From Patescibacteria group bacterium (GTDB lineage: Bacteria; Patescibacteriota; Minisyncoccia; Minisyncoccales; Staskawiczbacteraceae), in assembly GCA_018829965.1 (NCBI GenBank), contig JAHJTG010000016.1, forward strand, positions 29,537-93,536: DNA of 64,000 nucleotides, read 5' to 3'. The position numbers and the translations under genes are program-made. Positions 8,125-16,750 of this stretch are shown here, in pieces (the first letter of the stretch is position 1; each line of letters starts with the position of its first letter). The notes under the pieces are model-generated. The model ran no database searches, had not been told where the DNA came from, and was given only the letters and a program-made list of their open reading frames with translations.

Positions 8125-9111
8125 TTACCTGAGAAATATCTCTGTAATCAGAAAAGCTATATAAAGAAAGAGCAAAAACAGACCTTCTTTTTTAGTGATT
8201 TTCTGACCCGTTTTAACAACTAATAAAAAGAAGAAAGCGGCAATCACTGTAAATATTCTAGCTGTTATAAATGGAGAAAAATCTTTGATTTCAAAAGGTG
8301 AAACCAAAGCAACTATTCCTAATACTAAAGTAGCGCAAACAATAACAGAGCCCATTATATCTCCGAGAATCATCCAATTTTGATTTTTTTTTGCTGAAAT
8401 AAATATAAAATATATTTCTGGGAAACAATTCGCTAAACCAACAATAAGGATACCGATGATAGAAAGCGGAATATTAAAAGAAATGGAAAAAAATTGAGCG
8501 CTTTTTATAATCCCCTCCGAAGCTAACAAAAGCATGCCCAAAAGAAAAACAATTTTTAATAAACTTTTAAAAAAATCGATTACTCCCGCGATAGATTTTC
8601 TTTCTTTATTGTCATATATTTTTTTAAATCTATCTTCTTTTGAAAAAATCCAGAAGGTGTAAAATAAAAATGCGAAAATCAAAACTAACCCATCTCCCCT
8701 ACTTAAGTTTCCATCAGAAATTAAAAGCAAGGGTAGTAAAACAATTGCTGTTGTAAAAAGAGCGCTCGTTTGAACCATTCTGCTTCCGGTTGATAAATTT
8801 CCGTGTGTTAAAAAAACCGCTAAAGCCAATACTAACGACAAATCAACCATATTCCCGCCGAGTATATCTCCAAAAGCAAGCTGAGGTAAACCATGAAGAA
8901 CAGCACTTATATCCACAAAAAGGTTCGGGATAGAAGTGGCGAAAGCCATAACAAAAAAAGCGACTATAAATTCGCGCCACTTTAAAAATTTTGCAATTTT
9001 TATAAGAGAATCTACTAATATTGAACCCAGCCAAGGCAAAGCAAGACAAGAAGCAATAAAAATAAGCAGATAGAGCCAAATCATACCCAGTATATCAACA
9101 TCCAGAGCCAA
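8125..9111 (-). CDS. Ca2+/cation antiporter (CaCA/YrbG family)
   Basis: About 10 TM helices with two alpha-repeat-like motifs (AFATSIPNLF...GDILGGNMVDLSLVL and GLANCFPEIY...GDIMGSVIVCATLVLG). Confidence 0.75.
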   Translation of the reverse strand: MALDVDILGMIWLYLLIFIASCLALPWLGSILVDSLIKIAKFLKWREFIVAFFVMAFATSIPNLFVDISAVLHGLPQLAFGDILGGNMVDLSLVLALAVFLTHGNLSTGSRMVQTSALFTTAIVLLPLLLISDGNLSRGDGLVLIFAFLFYTFWIFSKEDRFKKIYDNKERKSIAGVIDFFKSLLKIVFLLGMLLLASEGIIKSAQFFSISFNIPLSIIGILIVGLANCFPEIYFIFISAKKNQNWMILGDIMGSVIVCATLVLGIVALVSPFEIKDFSPFITARIFTVIAAFFFLLVVKTGQKITKKEGLFLLFLYIAFLITEIFLR

Positions 9112-9238
9112 ACATAATATAATTATGTTTTCGGCTTGAATGGTGTTTAATATTTAATAAGTTGATATTCAGTAATACTAACTCTCGCAGTGGGTTTAGC
9201 ATTATATTGCCGAAAACACTGGATGTTGTATTACTGGG

Positions 9239-10366
9239 TCATAAAAATTTAAAAAAGTAAATTATTTCGTAAATTATTCCCATAATAAAAATGGAGATCA
9301 ATGGATAAGCTAGAAATCTTATTTTTCTTTTTTCAACCTTTCTATACATTAAAAGAATCAATATTCCTTCCGCAGCTAAAGCAACTGCACCAATAAACCC
9401 TATAACTCCGATAAAATCTTTAAAACCAACAACGTAAAGAATAAGCGGTATGAAGCAAGTTAACGCCCAAGAAATATTCTTTGGTATTTTAATATCATAC
9501 CATAAAACTTTCTTAAGATTTAATCCTATAGCGATAAAAGATGTAAAAGTGGCTAAAATCCCAGCGATAAACATAATATTAACAATTCCATTTCCCAAAA
9601 CATTTTTTAAACCAGAAATTGCCTCGTAAGACGTACTCGAGCCAGATATTGAGGTTATTAAAAGTATGAATAAAAAATAACACAAAGCCGGAATAATAGC
9701 GCTGGCAATAACTACTTTTTTTATCATTTTTTTATCTCTACCTAACATCTCTTCAATCTCAGGAATTAATGTAGCTCCCCATAAAGCAAATAATATCGGG
9801 CCGTAAGGCAAAAATAAATTACCTGAGCTTTTTACCTGAAATGGCAAGTTTTCTAATCTTATAAACCCGAGCCCGTTTTGAAAAACAATAAGCAACGAGA
9901 TAAAAAATAAAAGCATGCCCCAAAATTCAATCTTGGAAATTGCCTTTGTCCCCCAAAAGATAAAAAGGGCTCCTGTAAGAAAATATATAAAAGTGTAAAT
10001 AAAATTACTACCTCCAAAAATAGGCACTAATAAATTACTTAAAAAATCTCCGCCGATAATAATATAAGCTAAAATAGTACCGAATGACCCTAATATTATT
10101 ATTATCGTGGCTGCTATTCTCCCTGCTTTCCCTAAGTGAAATTGGCTATAGCCCGGCAGACGTAAAAAATCAGGAGTTTTTAAGGCAACTTCCGCGAAAA
10201 ACAAATGAATCAGAAGTACCAAAGCCGTCAAAACAACTAAATATCCCAACATCACCCAGAGCCCTACCTTTACAGTAATATACGGCAAAGAAAAAAGACC
10301 AACCCCGATAATGGTGCCCGATAAAGTAGCTACTGTTAAAATGTATTTTTTAAAAGACGAGGTCAT
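9239..10366 (-). CDS. amino-acid permease (APC-superfamily, Trp/Tyr-permease-like)
   Basis: 375 aa, about 11 TM helices, N-terminal GTIIGVGLFSLP motif typical of amino-acid/H+ symporters. Confidence 0.6.
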   Translation of the reverse strand: MTSSFKKYILTVATLSGTIIGVGLFSLPYITVKVGLWVMLGYLVVLTALVLLIHLFFAEVALKTPDFLRLPGYSQFHLGKAGRIAATIIIILGSFGTILAYIIIGGDFLSNLLVPIFGGSNFIYTFIYFLTGALFIFWGTKAISKIEFWGMLLFFISLLIVFQNGLGFIRLENLPFQVKSSGNLFLPYGPILFALWGATLIPEIEEMLGRDKKMIKKVVIASAIIPALCYFLFILLITSISGSSTSYEAISGLKNVLGNGIVNIMFIAGILATFTSFIAIGLNLKKVLWYDIKIPKNISWALTCFIPLILYVVGFKDFIGVIGFIGAVALAAEGILILLMYRKVEKRKIRFLAYPLISIFIMGIIYEIIYFFKFL

Positions 10367-10380
10367 AGTTTTATTCTATC

Positions 10381-10405
10381 AAAAAATCGCCTGATTGGCG
10401 ATTTA
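10381..10405 (-). terminator. rho-independent terminator after the DEAD-box gene
   Basis: Minus strand AATCGCCaatcaGGCGATTttttt. Confidence 0.6.
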
Positions 10406-10407
10406 AT

Positions 10408-11760
10408 TTAGCGCTTTCTATAATCAAAACGGCTTGATGGCCTACGACCAGACGGCCTACTATTTCTATGTGAAAAATAACTGCCTCTATTAAAACCACT
10501 GGGAGCATTAGATTGTCCCGATTCTATCGAGTATCCTTGATGGTTCCGACTTTGTCGAGAATCCTCGACTTTGTCGGGACTTTGCCATCTGGACTGACTT
10601 GAATGAGCTGGAAGATCGGGTAATCTTGAAATAGGAAGATATAGTCTGGTTAATCTTTCAATTTCTCTAACTTTAGCCCCTTGATCTGGTAAAACAAAAG
10701 AAATAGCTTTACCTGACATACCGGCCCTGCCAGTTCTTCCGATACGATGGACATAGTCTTCTGGATTTTCAGGAAGGTCATAATTAATAACTAATTCAAT
10801 ACCTTTAACATCTATACCGCGTGAAGCAATATCAGTTGCCACAAGCACCCTATATCTACCTATCTTAAATCCCTCTAATGCTTCTTTTCTTTGTCGGAGT
10901 GATTTATTTGAATGTATTTCTGCCGCAGAAACTCCAATATTGCGTAAATCTTCACAAATTCTCCTTGCGTTAAATTTAATTCTTAAAAAGATTAAAACGC
11001 TTCCCTTATATTCTTTAATCAATTTTCTCAATAACGAAGGCTTTTGGTCTTTTCTAACAACAAACAATTCGTGCTCAATATTTTTAGCAGTAGTCCCGGT
11101 TTTAGCTATCTCTACCCTAACAGGAAGCTTCATGTGATTGCTGGCAATTTTTACAATGCCATCTGGCATTGTTGCCGAAAATAACATAGTTTGTCTATCT
11201 TTAGGTAATACTTGTAGTATTTTAGCTATCTGTGGAGCAAAACCCATATCAAACATTCTATCGGCTTCATCTAAAACTAAGACTGTAACATCGCGCAAAT
11301 TAAGAGTTCTCTGTTGAAGATGGTCATTAATCCTTCCTGGAGTACCAATAACAACATTAGGATTATTACGGATCGCTCTTATTTGATTATAAATAGGGGC
11401 TCCACCGATTAACACAACTGTTTTTATGCCAAATCCTCTCCCTATCTTTTCTATAGCCTCACTCACCTGTATAGCTAATTCACGGGTTGGTAATACGATT
11501 AATCCCCTTCCCTTACCAGCTTTTAAAAGCCGCTGGACTAAAGGAATACCAAAAGCTAAGGTCTTACCTGTGCCTGTTTGAGCTATACCAATAATATCTT
11601 TGCCTTCAATAGCTGCAGGAATTGCTTTGTGTTGTATTGAGGTTGGAACTTTAAAATCCATTCTTAAAAGTACATCAAGAATCTTTGGAGCTATCCCAAG
11701 ACCGCCAAAAGTCATTTCTGTTTCGCTTAATATATGTTTTTCTGTTTGTTTGTTTATCAT
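10408..11760 (-). CDS. DEAD-box ATP-dependent RNA helicase with R/S/G-rich tail
   Basis: Q motif, AQTGTGKT, PTRELA, DEAD, SAT, HRIGRTGRAG. The C-terminal tail contains an in-frame GC-rich repeat (10517-10580). Confidence 0.93.
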   Translation of the reverse strand: MINKQTEKHILSETEMTFGGLGIAPKILDVLLRMDFKVPTSIQHKAIPAAIEGKDIIGIAQTGTGKTLAFGIPLVQRLLKAGKGRGLIVLPTRELAIQVSEAIEKIGRGFGIKTVVLIGGAPIYNQIRAIRNNPNVVIGTPGRINDHLQQRTLNLRDVTVLVLDEADRMFDMGFAPQIAKILQVLPKDRQTMLFSATMPDGIVKIASNHMKLPVRVEIAKTGTTAKNIEHELFVVRKDQKPSLLRKLIKEYKGSVLIFLRIKFNARRICEDLRNIGVSAAEIHSNKSLRQRKEALEGFKIGRYRVLVATDIASRGIDVKGIELVINYDLPENPEDYVHRIGRTGRAGMSGKAISFVLPDQGAKVREIERLTRLYLPISRLPDLPAHSSQSRWQSPDKVEDSRQSRNHQGYSIESGQSNAPSGFNRGSYFSHRNSRPSGRRPSSRFDYRKR

Positions 11761-11870
11761 TTAAAAAATATGTGGCTAAAGAGCCACACAACCACTATAC
11801 ATTAAATTATTAAAAATGTCAAAAAAAAGCCCTTGATGTTTCCATCTTGGGCTTTTTGTTTATATTCCTC

Positions 11871-12851
11871 TTACATTAAAGCAAGAGAATTTCTTCTTAG
11901 GTTTATTAAATTAAGCGCTTTTTTTTCTTTCGTCTTAATTTGCTTAACCGCCTTCACAGTGTCAGAAATAACCTTCATACTTTTACAACATTCTTCTGTT
12001 TGCTCACCAATTTTAACTAAATCTTTATATGAGAAAGCAGAAAGAAAATCATTTAATGAAATATCGGGAGCTTTAAGAAAAGCTGGCAGAGATTCTTTCA
12101 TTACCGTGAGTAAAGATATTAATGAACCTCTTCTTCTTTCGGGTCTACTAGCTATTCCTCCTACCTTTAACCCTGCCTCTGCTGCCTTAATTTCTACATA
12201 GTGCCTAGCCGTTTTCATACGCATCTTCTTCTCTGTCGTCTCTTTTGCTATTGCAAATTGTAAATCACCAGGTAAAGCTGTCAGCAAGATAGCAATTGCA
12301 AATTTAAGGCGCTCTTCAAACCTAACACTATAATCCATCATGGCGACAACTCTTGGGTCTAATTTTGTCAGGCTTAAGTGTTGATAAACCCAACAATTAG
12401 ATTTGGCAAACATAGCTGCAATTTGATTAACATTGTATTTACCTTTTGCATGAATCCGCCTTATAGCTAAAGCAACTTCGTATGGCGTATGTCCCTCTCT
12501 ACCAAAATTTGCAACAACTGATCTAATAAGACGTTCGTCTTCTTCCTCATTCGGAAGAACTATTGCCTGTATAACCTTACGACCAATCCATCTGCATGCT
12601 AGCCAACGGCGTTCACCATCATTAATTGAAAAGTATTCTGGATCCTTAGGATCTACCATTACCGAAATCGGCACTTTCTGGCCAACTTGGTTAATACTTT
12701 CACCTAAAGCCTGGATCGCCTTCTTATTAAAATGTTTTCTCGGTTGATCCGACCATGGCCTCACTTTTTCAACGAACAAAGTTCTTACTGAGCCTCTTTC
12801 TTGCCTTGCCTTTTCTACTGCCTCTTTCGTTAAAACGTTTCCATCAGACAT
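11871..12851 (-). CDS. ParB/Sulfiredoxin-like N-terminal-domain protein
   Basis: ParB-N signature around FSINDGERRWLAC (GxRR box) followed by an HTH-like segment. No adjacent parA. Confidence 0.65.
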   Translation of the reverse strand: MSDGNVLTKEAVEKARQERGSVRTLFVEKVRPWSDQPRKHFNKKAIQALGESINQVGQKVPISVMVDPKDPEYFSINDGERRWLACRWIGRKVIQAIVLPNEEEDERLIRSVVANFGREGHTPYEVALAIRRIHAKGKYNVNQIAAMFAKSNCWVYQHLSLTKLDPRVVAMMDYSVRFEERLKFAIAILLTALPGDLQFAIAKETTEKKMRMKTARHYVEIKAAEAGLKVGGIASRPERRRGSLISLLTVMKESLPAFLKAPDISLNDFLSAFSYKDLVKIGEQTEECCKSMKVISDTVKAVKQIKTKEKKALNLINLRRNSLALM

Positions 12852-12944
12852 ACATTCTCTCCTTATCTTTAAATTCCTACTGTTATTTATCTACAAACAA
12901 TTTCTTATATATTATACTCTAGATTAATTTTGTCAAACCCCACC

Positions 12945-14411
12945 TTATTTCTTACTCAACGCCCCTAAATCCAGAGTGAAATCCACTTTTATCTTCTCTA
13001 CAAAATTTTGAACGTGACTTACTAATATCATAACGCCGTCAAAATCATTAATTGCTTTTGCAATTACTGGGATATGGCGGAAATTAATATGGTTTGTAGG
13101 CTCATCTAGAATAAGCAAGCCTGGTTTCTCTAATGCTATTGCAGCAAAAGCAACTAATCCCTTCTGACCTTCAGAAAGCGACCCGACCTTAGCTCTCAAT
13201 ATCTCTGCGTCTAAAAGAAACCCGGCTGCGTGAGCTCTCAAACTTTGCTCTGTGCCATCACCTCCCATTGCTTTTATAAGAGTTTGATATACGGTTGCGT
13301 TAAAATCCAATGTTGAAAAATCTTGCCTATAGTATCCAATCTTAACTCCGGCTTTAACGTGCTCCCCCTTTGCATGGCCTGAAGCTAATTTTTCTAAAAG
13401 CGTAGTTTTACCAATTCCATTTGGCCCGACTAAAAGCAATCTTTCTTTTTTATTCAAGGTTACATTCACTTTTTTGCTTACAACTTTGTTCTTTACCGCG
13501 ACTGTGACAGAGTCTAATTGTAAAATCACACCTCCAATATCTTTTTGAGACGGGATGATAAAGTTTCTTATTGTTTTATCTTCTCTCCTTAGTTCTACAA
13601 CCTCACCTTCTAACTCCTCTATCTTTTTTTTCATCTTTGAAGAAACATCTCTTAAATGTCCCCCTTTTTGAGCAAAGAAGTTAGCTTGCTCTTTTCTGCG
13701 AGAAATATCTTTTTCTAATCTAATGTTTTTCATACGCTCTCTTTCTAAACGCATTCTAATTTCTTCAACAACGATAAAGTAATCGCCTGCATATTGCTCA
13801 ACCTTTTTTGAGAATATATCTAAGTATAGTACGCCTTGGGTAAAAGTATTTAAGAAATCTGCATCGTGGGAAATAACAATACAGGTTTTTGGATAATTAA
13901 TAATAAACTTTGTTAAATGGGCAATACCTGCTTTATCTAAATTATTTGTCGGCTCATCTAATAAAAGTAAATCCGGGTCCTGTATTAAAGCTGATGCCAA
14001 AAGAAGCCTTGCTTGCTGTCCTCCAGAAAGAGTTTTAATTACTCTATCGTGGGGAGAAGAAAGGTTTATTATCTCTAAAACATCATCAATTTTTTTATCA
14101 ATATTATATACTTTTTCTGTAAAACACTTTTCAAAAAACTCTTTTATGGTCAAGTCTAAATACTCGCGAGGAATTACTTGTTTAGCTGTAGCTATTGTTA
14201 AATCCTTACTCACATTAACCGAACCTGAATCAGGTTTTGATTCACCAGTTATTAATTGAAGGATCGTACTCTTCCCTGCGCCATTCTGTCCCATTAATGT
14301 AATCTTTGAACCTCTACGTACAGAAAAGCTAGCCTCATTTAAAATTGGCTGGTTTACTCCCCACTCAAAAGAAACATTACTAAATTTTACTATTATTTCA
14401 TCTGCTGACAT
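12945..14411 (-). CDS. ABC-F family ATPase (two ABC domains, no TM)
   Basis: GQNGAGKST / LSGGQQARLLLA / LLLLDEPTNNLD, then GPNGIGKTT / LSEGQKGLVAFA / LLILDEPTNHIN, with a charged linker between them. Confidence 0.9.
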   Translation of the reverse strand: MSADEIIVKFSNVSFEWGVNQPILNEASFSVRRGSKITLMGQNGAGKSTILQLITGESKPDSGSVNVSKDLTIATAKQVIPREYLDLTIKEFFEKCFTEKVYNIDKKIDDVLEIINLSSPHDRVIKTLSGGQQARLLLASALIQDPDLLLLDEPTNNLDKAGIAHLTKFIINYPKTCIVISHDADFLNTFTQGVLYLDIFSKKVEQYAGDYFIVVEEIRMRLERERMKNIRLEKDISRRKEQANFFAQKGGHLRDVSSKMKKKIEELEGEVVELRREDKTIRNFIIPSQKDIGGVILQLDSVTVAVKNKVVSKKVNVTLNKKERLLLVGPNGIGKTTLLEKLASGHAKGEHVKAGVKIGYYRQDFSTLDFNATVYQTLIKAMGGDGTEQSLRAHAAGFLLDAEILRAKVGSLSEGQKGLVAFAAIALEKPGLLILDEPTNHINFRHIPVIAKAINDFDGVMILVSHVQNFVEKIKVDFTLDLGALSKK

Positions 14412-14454
14412 GAGACGTATATTATCTTATTTTTTAGTAAATATCCAATTTATT

Positions 14455-14483
14455 TAAAAAATCGCCGAAGTGGCGATTTTTTC
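14455..14483. terminator. bidirectional rho-independent terminator
   Basis: aaaaaATCGCCgaagtGGCGATttttt. Confidence 0.65.
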
Positions 14484-14497
14484 ACCTTTTTTATTAC

Positions 14498-15760
14498 CTA
14501 AATAAGCGAAATCTTTTTCAGTTCTTTTGCCATTCCCTTGGACGCCTCTCTTAGCTGTTTATCTACATTGAAAGCCTTCTCGTTTACATAAAAAGCCATA
14601 TCATTTATTGCTACAAGTTTTAACCCAGCTAAAGAACGTAGTCTAGATAAAGCCACATAACCCATTCCTTCAACAAAACACTTAGAAAGGTCTATTTCTG
14701 CGGCATCTAAGTTCATACCTTGGCTTTTATGCACTGTTATAGCCCAAGCCAACCGCAATGGCAATTGATTTATTCTTGCTATTATCTTCCCTTCTTCGTC
14801 AACCGTCCAGCCAGCTAGCTTTGCAGTAATTTTTCGGCCATAAATGGTTTCTACAATCGGCAAACCCTCAGTATCAAAATCAATCACCTTACCTTGTGTT
14901 CCGTTCACATAGCCAACTTCAAAATTGTTTTTCAAAAACATCACCCTTGCTCCTTTTTTTAAAACTAAGCGCTCTGGCGCCAAACAACTTTTCTTTAAAG
15001 CATTTATAACATCTCGTTTGCCGGTGGCGGTCATATGATAAATAAATTCCTCGCCAGTAATCTTTTCTAATTCAATGCTATTTACTGTGTCAACATCAAT
15101 ATTGTGGGTATATAATTTTGTAGGGATTTCTAAAAAGTTATCTTGTTGGGGTCTACCCATTAATATTTTTTTTGATTCTTCAACGCTATTATTTCTAATA
15201 TGGTTTAATAAATCAAACAAATTTTTATCTTTGTGCCTGTGCTGTTCTTCAAGATAACAAACTTTCATATCCATATTTTTCCACGCCTTTGATTCAACCA
15301 CAAACTTTACCTCGCCACTTTTACTTATCGGTGGAAGCTGGAAAAGATCGCCAGAACAAATAACCTGCATCCCCCCAAATGGCATAAAACTTACTTTAAA
15401 CTGCTGACAGGCACGGTCAACCGCATCAAACTGGGCAGCCGTAAGCATTGATATCTCGTCAATAATTAAAATCTTAGTATTCTTATAATGCTTTTTTAAA
15501 TAGGACTTTTTCATTAACTTCTGAATATCTTTTTTGGTAAGGGTTTCTTTTATCCCAAGCCCTGACCACGAATGCAAAGTTGTCCCATTCATATGAGTAG
15601 CGGCAATCCCAGTGCTGGCTGTAACTGCCACCGATTTATCATTCTCTTTTAAATAATCTATATATTTGTTTAATAAAAAAGTTTTCCCGCTTCCAGGCGG
15701 GCCGGTTAGGAATACGTTGTATCCCATTTTCATTATTTTTAACGCTTCTTCTTGGGTCAT
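14498..15760 (-). CDS. PIF1/RecD-like SF1B DNA helicase
   Basis: GPPGSGKTF Walker A, LIIDEISM Walker B, QLPPI motif, C-terminal AITVHKSQG. Confidence 0.88.
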   Translation of the reverse strand: MTQEEALKIMKMGYNVFLTGPPGSGKTFLLNKYIDYLKENDKSVAVTASTGIAATHMNGTTLHSWSGLGIKETLTKKDIQKLMKKSYLKKHYKNTKILIIDEISMLTAAQFDAVDRACQQFKVSFMPFGGMQVICSGDLFQLPPISKSGEVKFVVESKAWKNMDMKVCYLEEQHRHKDKNLFDLLNHIRNNSVEESKKILMGRPQQDNFLEIPTKLYTHNIDVDTVNSIELEKITGEEFIYHMTATGKRDVINALKKSCLAPERLVLKKGARVMFLKNNFEVGYVNGTQGKVIDFDTEGLPIVETIYGRKITAKLAGWTVDEEGKIIARINQLPLRLAWAITVHKSQGMNLDAAEIDLSKCFVEGMGYVALSRLRSLAGLKLVAINDMAFYVNEKAFNVDKQLREASKGMAKELKKISLI

Positions 15761-15786
15761 TTTAAAGTTTGAATTATAAAATGGTT

Positions 15787-16626
15787 TTAAAGTAGATACA
15801 ATTCTTGGTTATATCCGCCGATACCAACAAACTCTGCCTCACCTTTCAAAATCTTTTCGTATGGCTGACACGAAAAACAACCTTGAGATCCACGAGGACA
15901 TTCAAAACGGCCAATCCCCCGAGCCTCTTTAACTTTTCTAGCAATAGTTAAAACTTTTTCCCGCGCGCTAGTAATTTCTGGTAAAGCAACGCTTGAAGGA
16001 GTATCTGCATTGTCTAAATACCAGTAAGCAGCACCAGAAACTTTTCTTTTTTGCAGAGCGTTTAGAAGTAAAATGTAAATTGGCAGTTGAAGGGAATCCT
16101 GCCCTTCTTCGTTCTTTCCAGTTTTAAAATCAATCACCCGAATACTATCGTCTGCCTCAATATATTCTAACCAATCAATCTTCCCGCATAAAATTATATT
16201 ATCTTCCTCTGATAAAAAGAAATTCGGCAACATCTCACTTTCTTCATTTTTCAGTTTTATTGTTTTCTTCAATAAAGGTCCTGGATTTTTTGCGACTCTC
16301 TCTATCATTTGCTTCGCACGCTCTTTTGCATCCGACTCTTCTTTTTCTGCTCTAAATCCGCCAATTTTTCCAGAAACTTTTTTCCAATTTTCTTCAAATG
16401 CTTCCAATAACGATTTTTTAAATCTATCTTCCACCTTATACTTCGTTAAACTCTCTAATGTTTCGTGCACAGCCGAGCCTAATGATAAAGCCGGACTTAC
16501 TAAGTTTATCTTTCTGTTGTCCTTACTTTTATATATATTATGCAAATAATATGCCCGAGGACATTTTAAAAAGTCGTTAATGGACGAATGCGACACCCAT
16601 GTTGAATTGTATTTATCTTTTGCCAT
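15787..16626 (-). CDS. Cas4/AddB-type PD-(D/E)XK nuclease with 4-Cys cluster
   Basis: N-terminal CPRAYYL, nuclease core GKIDWLE...VIDFKTGK...QLPIY, C-terminal CPRGSQGCFSC. Confidence 0.8.
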   Translation of the reverse strand: MAKDKYNSTWVSHSSINDFLKCPRAYYLHNIYKSKDNRKINLVSPALSLGSAVHETLESLTKYKVEDRFKKSLLEAFEENWKKVSGKIGGFRAEKEESDAKERAKQMIERVAKNPGPLLKKTIKLKNEESEMLPNFFLSEEDNIILCGKIDWLEYIEADDSIRVIDFKTGKNEEGQDSLQLPIYILLLNALQKRKVSGAAYWYLDNADTPSSVALPEITSAREKVLTIARKVKEARGIGRFECPRGSQGCFSCQPYEKILKGEAEFVGIGGYNQELYLL

Positions 16627-16750
16627 ATTTATGAGCGAAGAAAGAATGAAAACTGAGGAAGGGAGAAAATAACAAAGTTATTTTCGACGACCGAAACTTT
16701 CATTCTGACTGAGCGATTAAATATATAGGCGATTTATCGCCTCTATAATT
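16627..16750 (-). repeat. F2 start-codon-abutting leader element, copy a
   Basis: Gene-sense strand: TTATAGAG-[GGCGATAAATCGCC]-TATATATTTAATCGCTCAGTCAGAATGAAA...TTTCATTCTTTCTTCGCTCATAAAT-ATG. Fills the whole spacer between the UvrD-like stop and the nuclease ATG. Confidence 0.85.

Noticed and set aside
8843-9079. Nested minus-strand ORF 8843-9079 and the many 60-140 aa antisense ORFs in the track
   Set aside because: Each is embedded in, or antisense to, a longer ORF with clear family motifs. This is typical of AT-rich sequence, where stop-free mirror frames are common.
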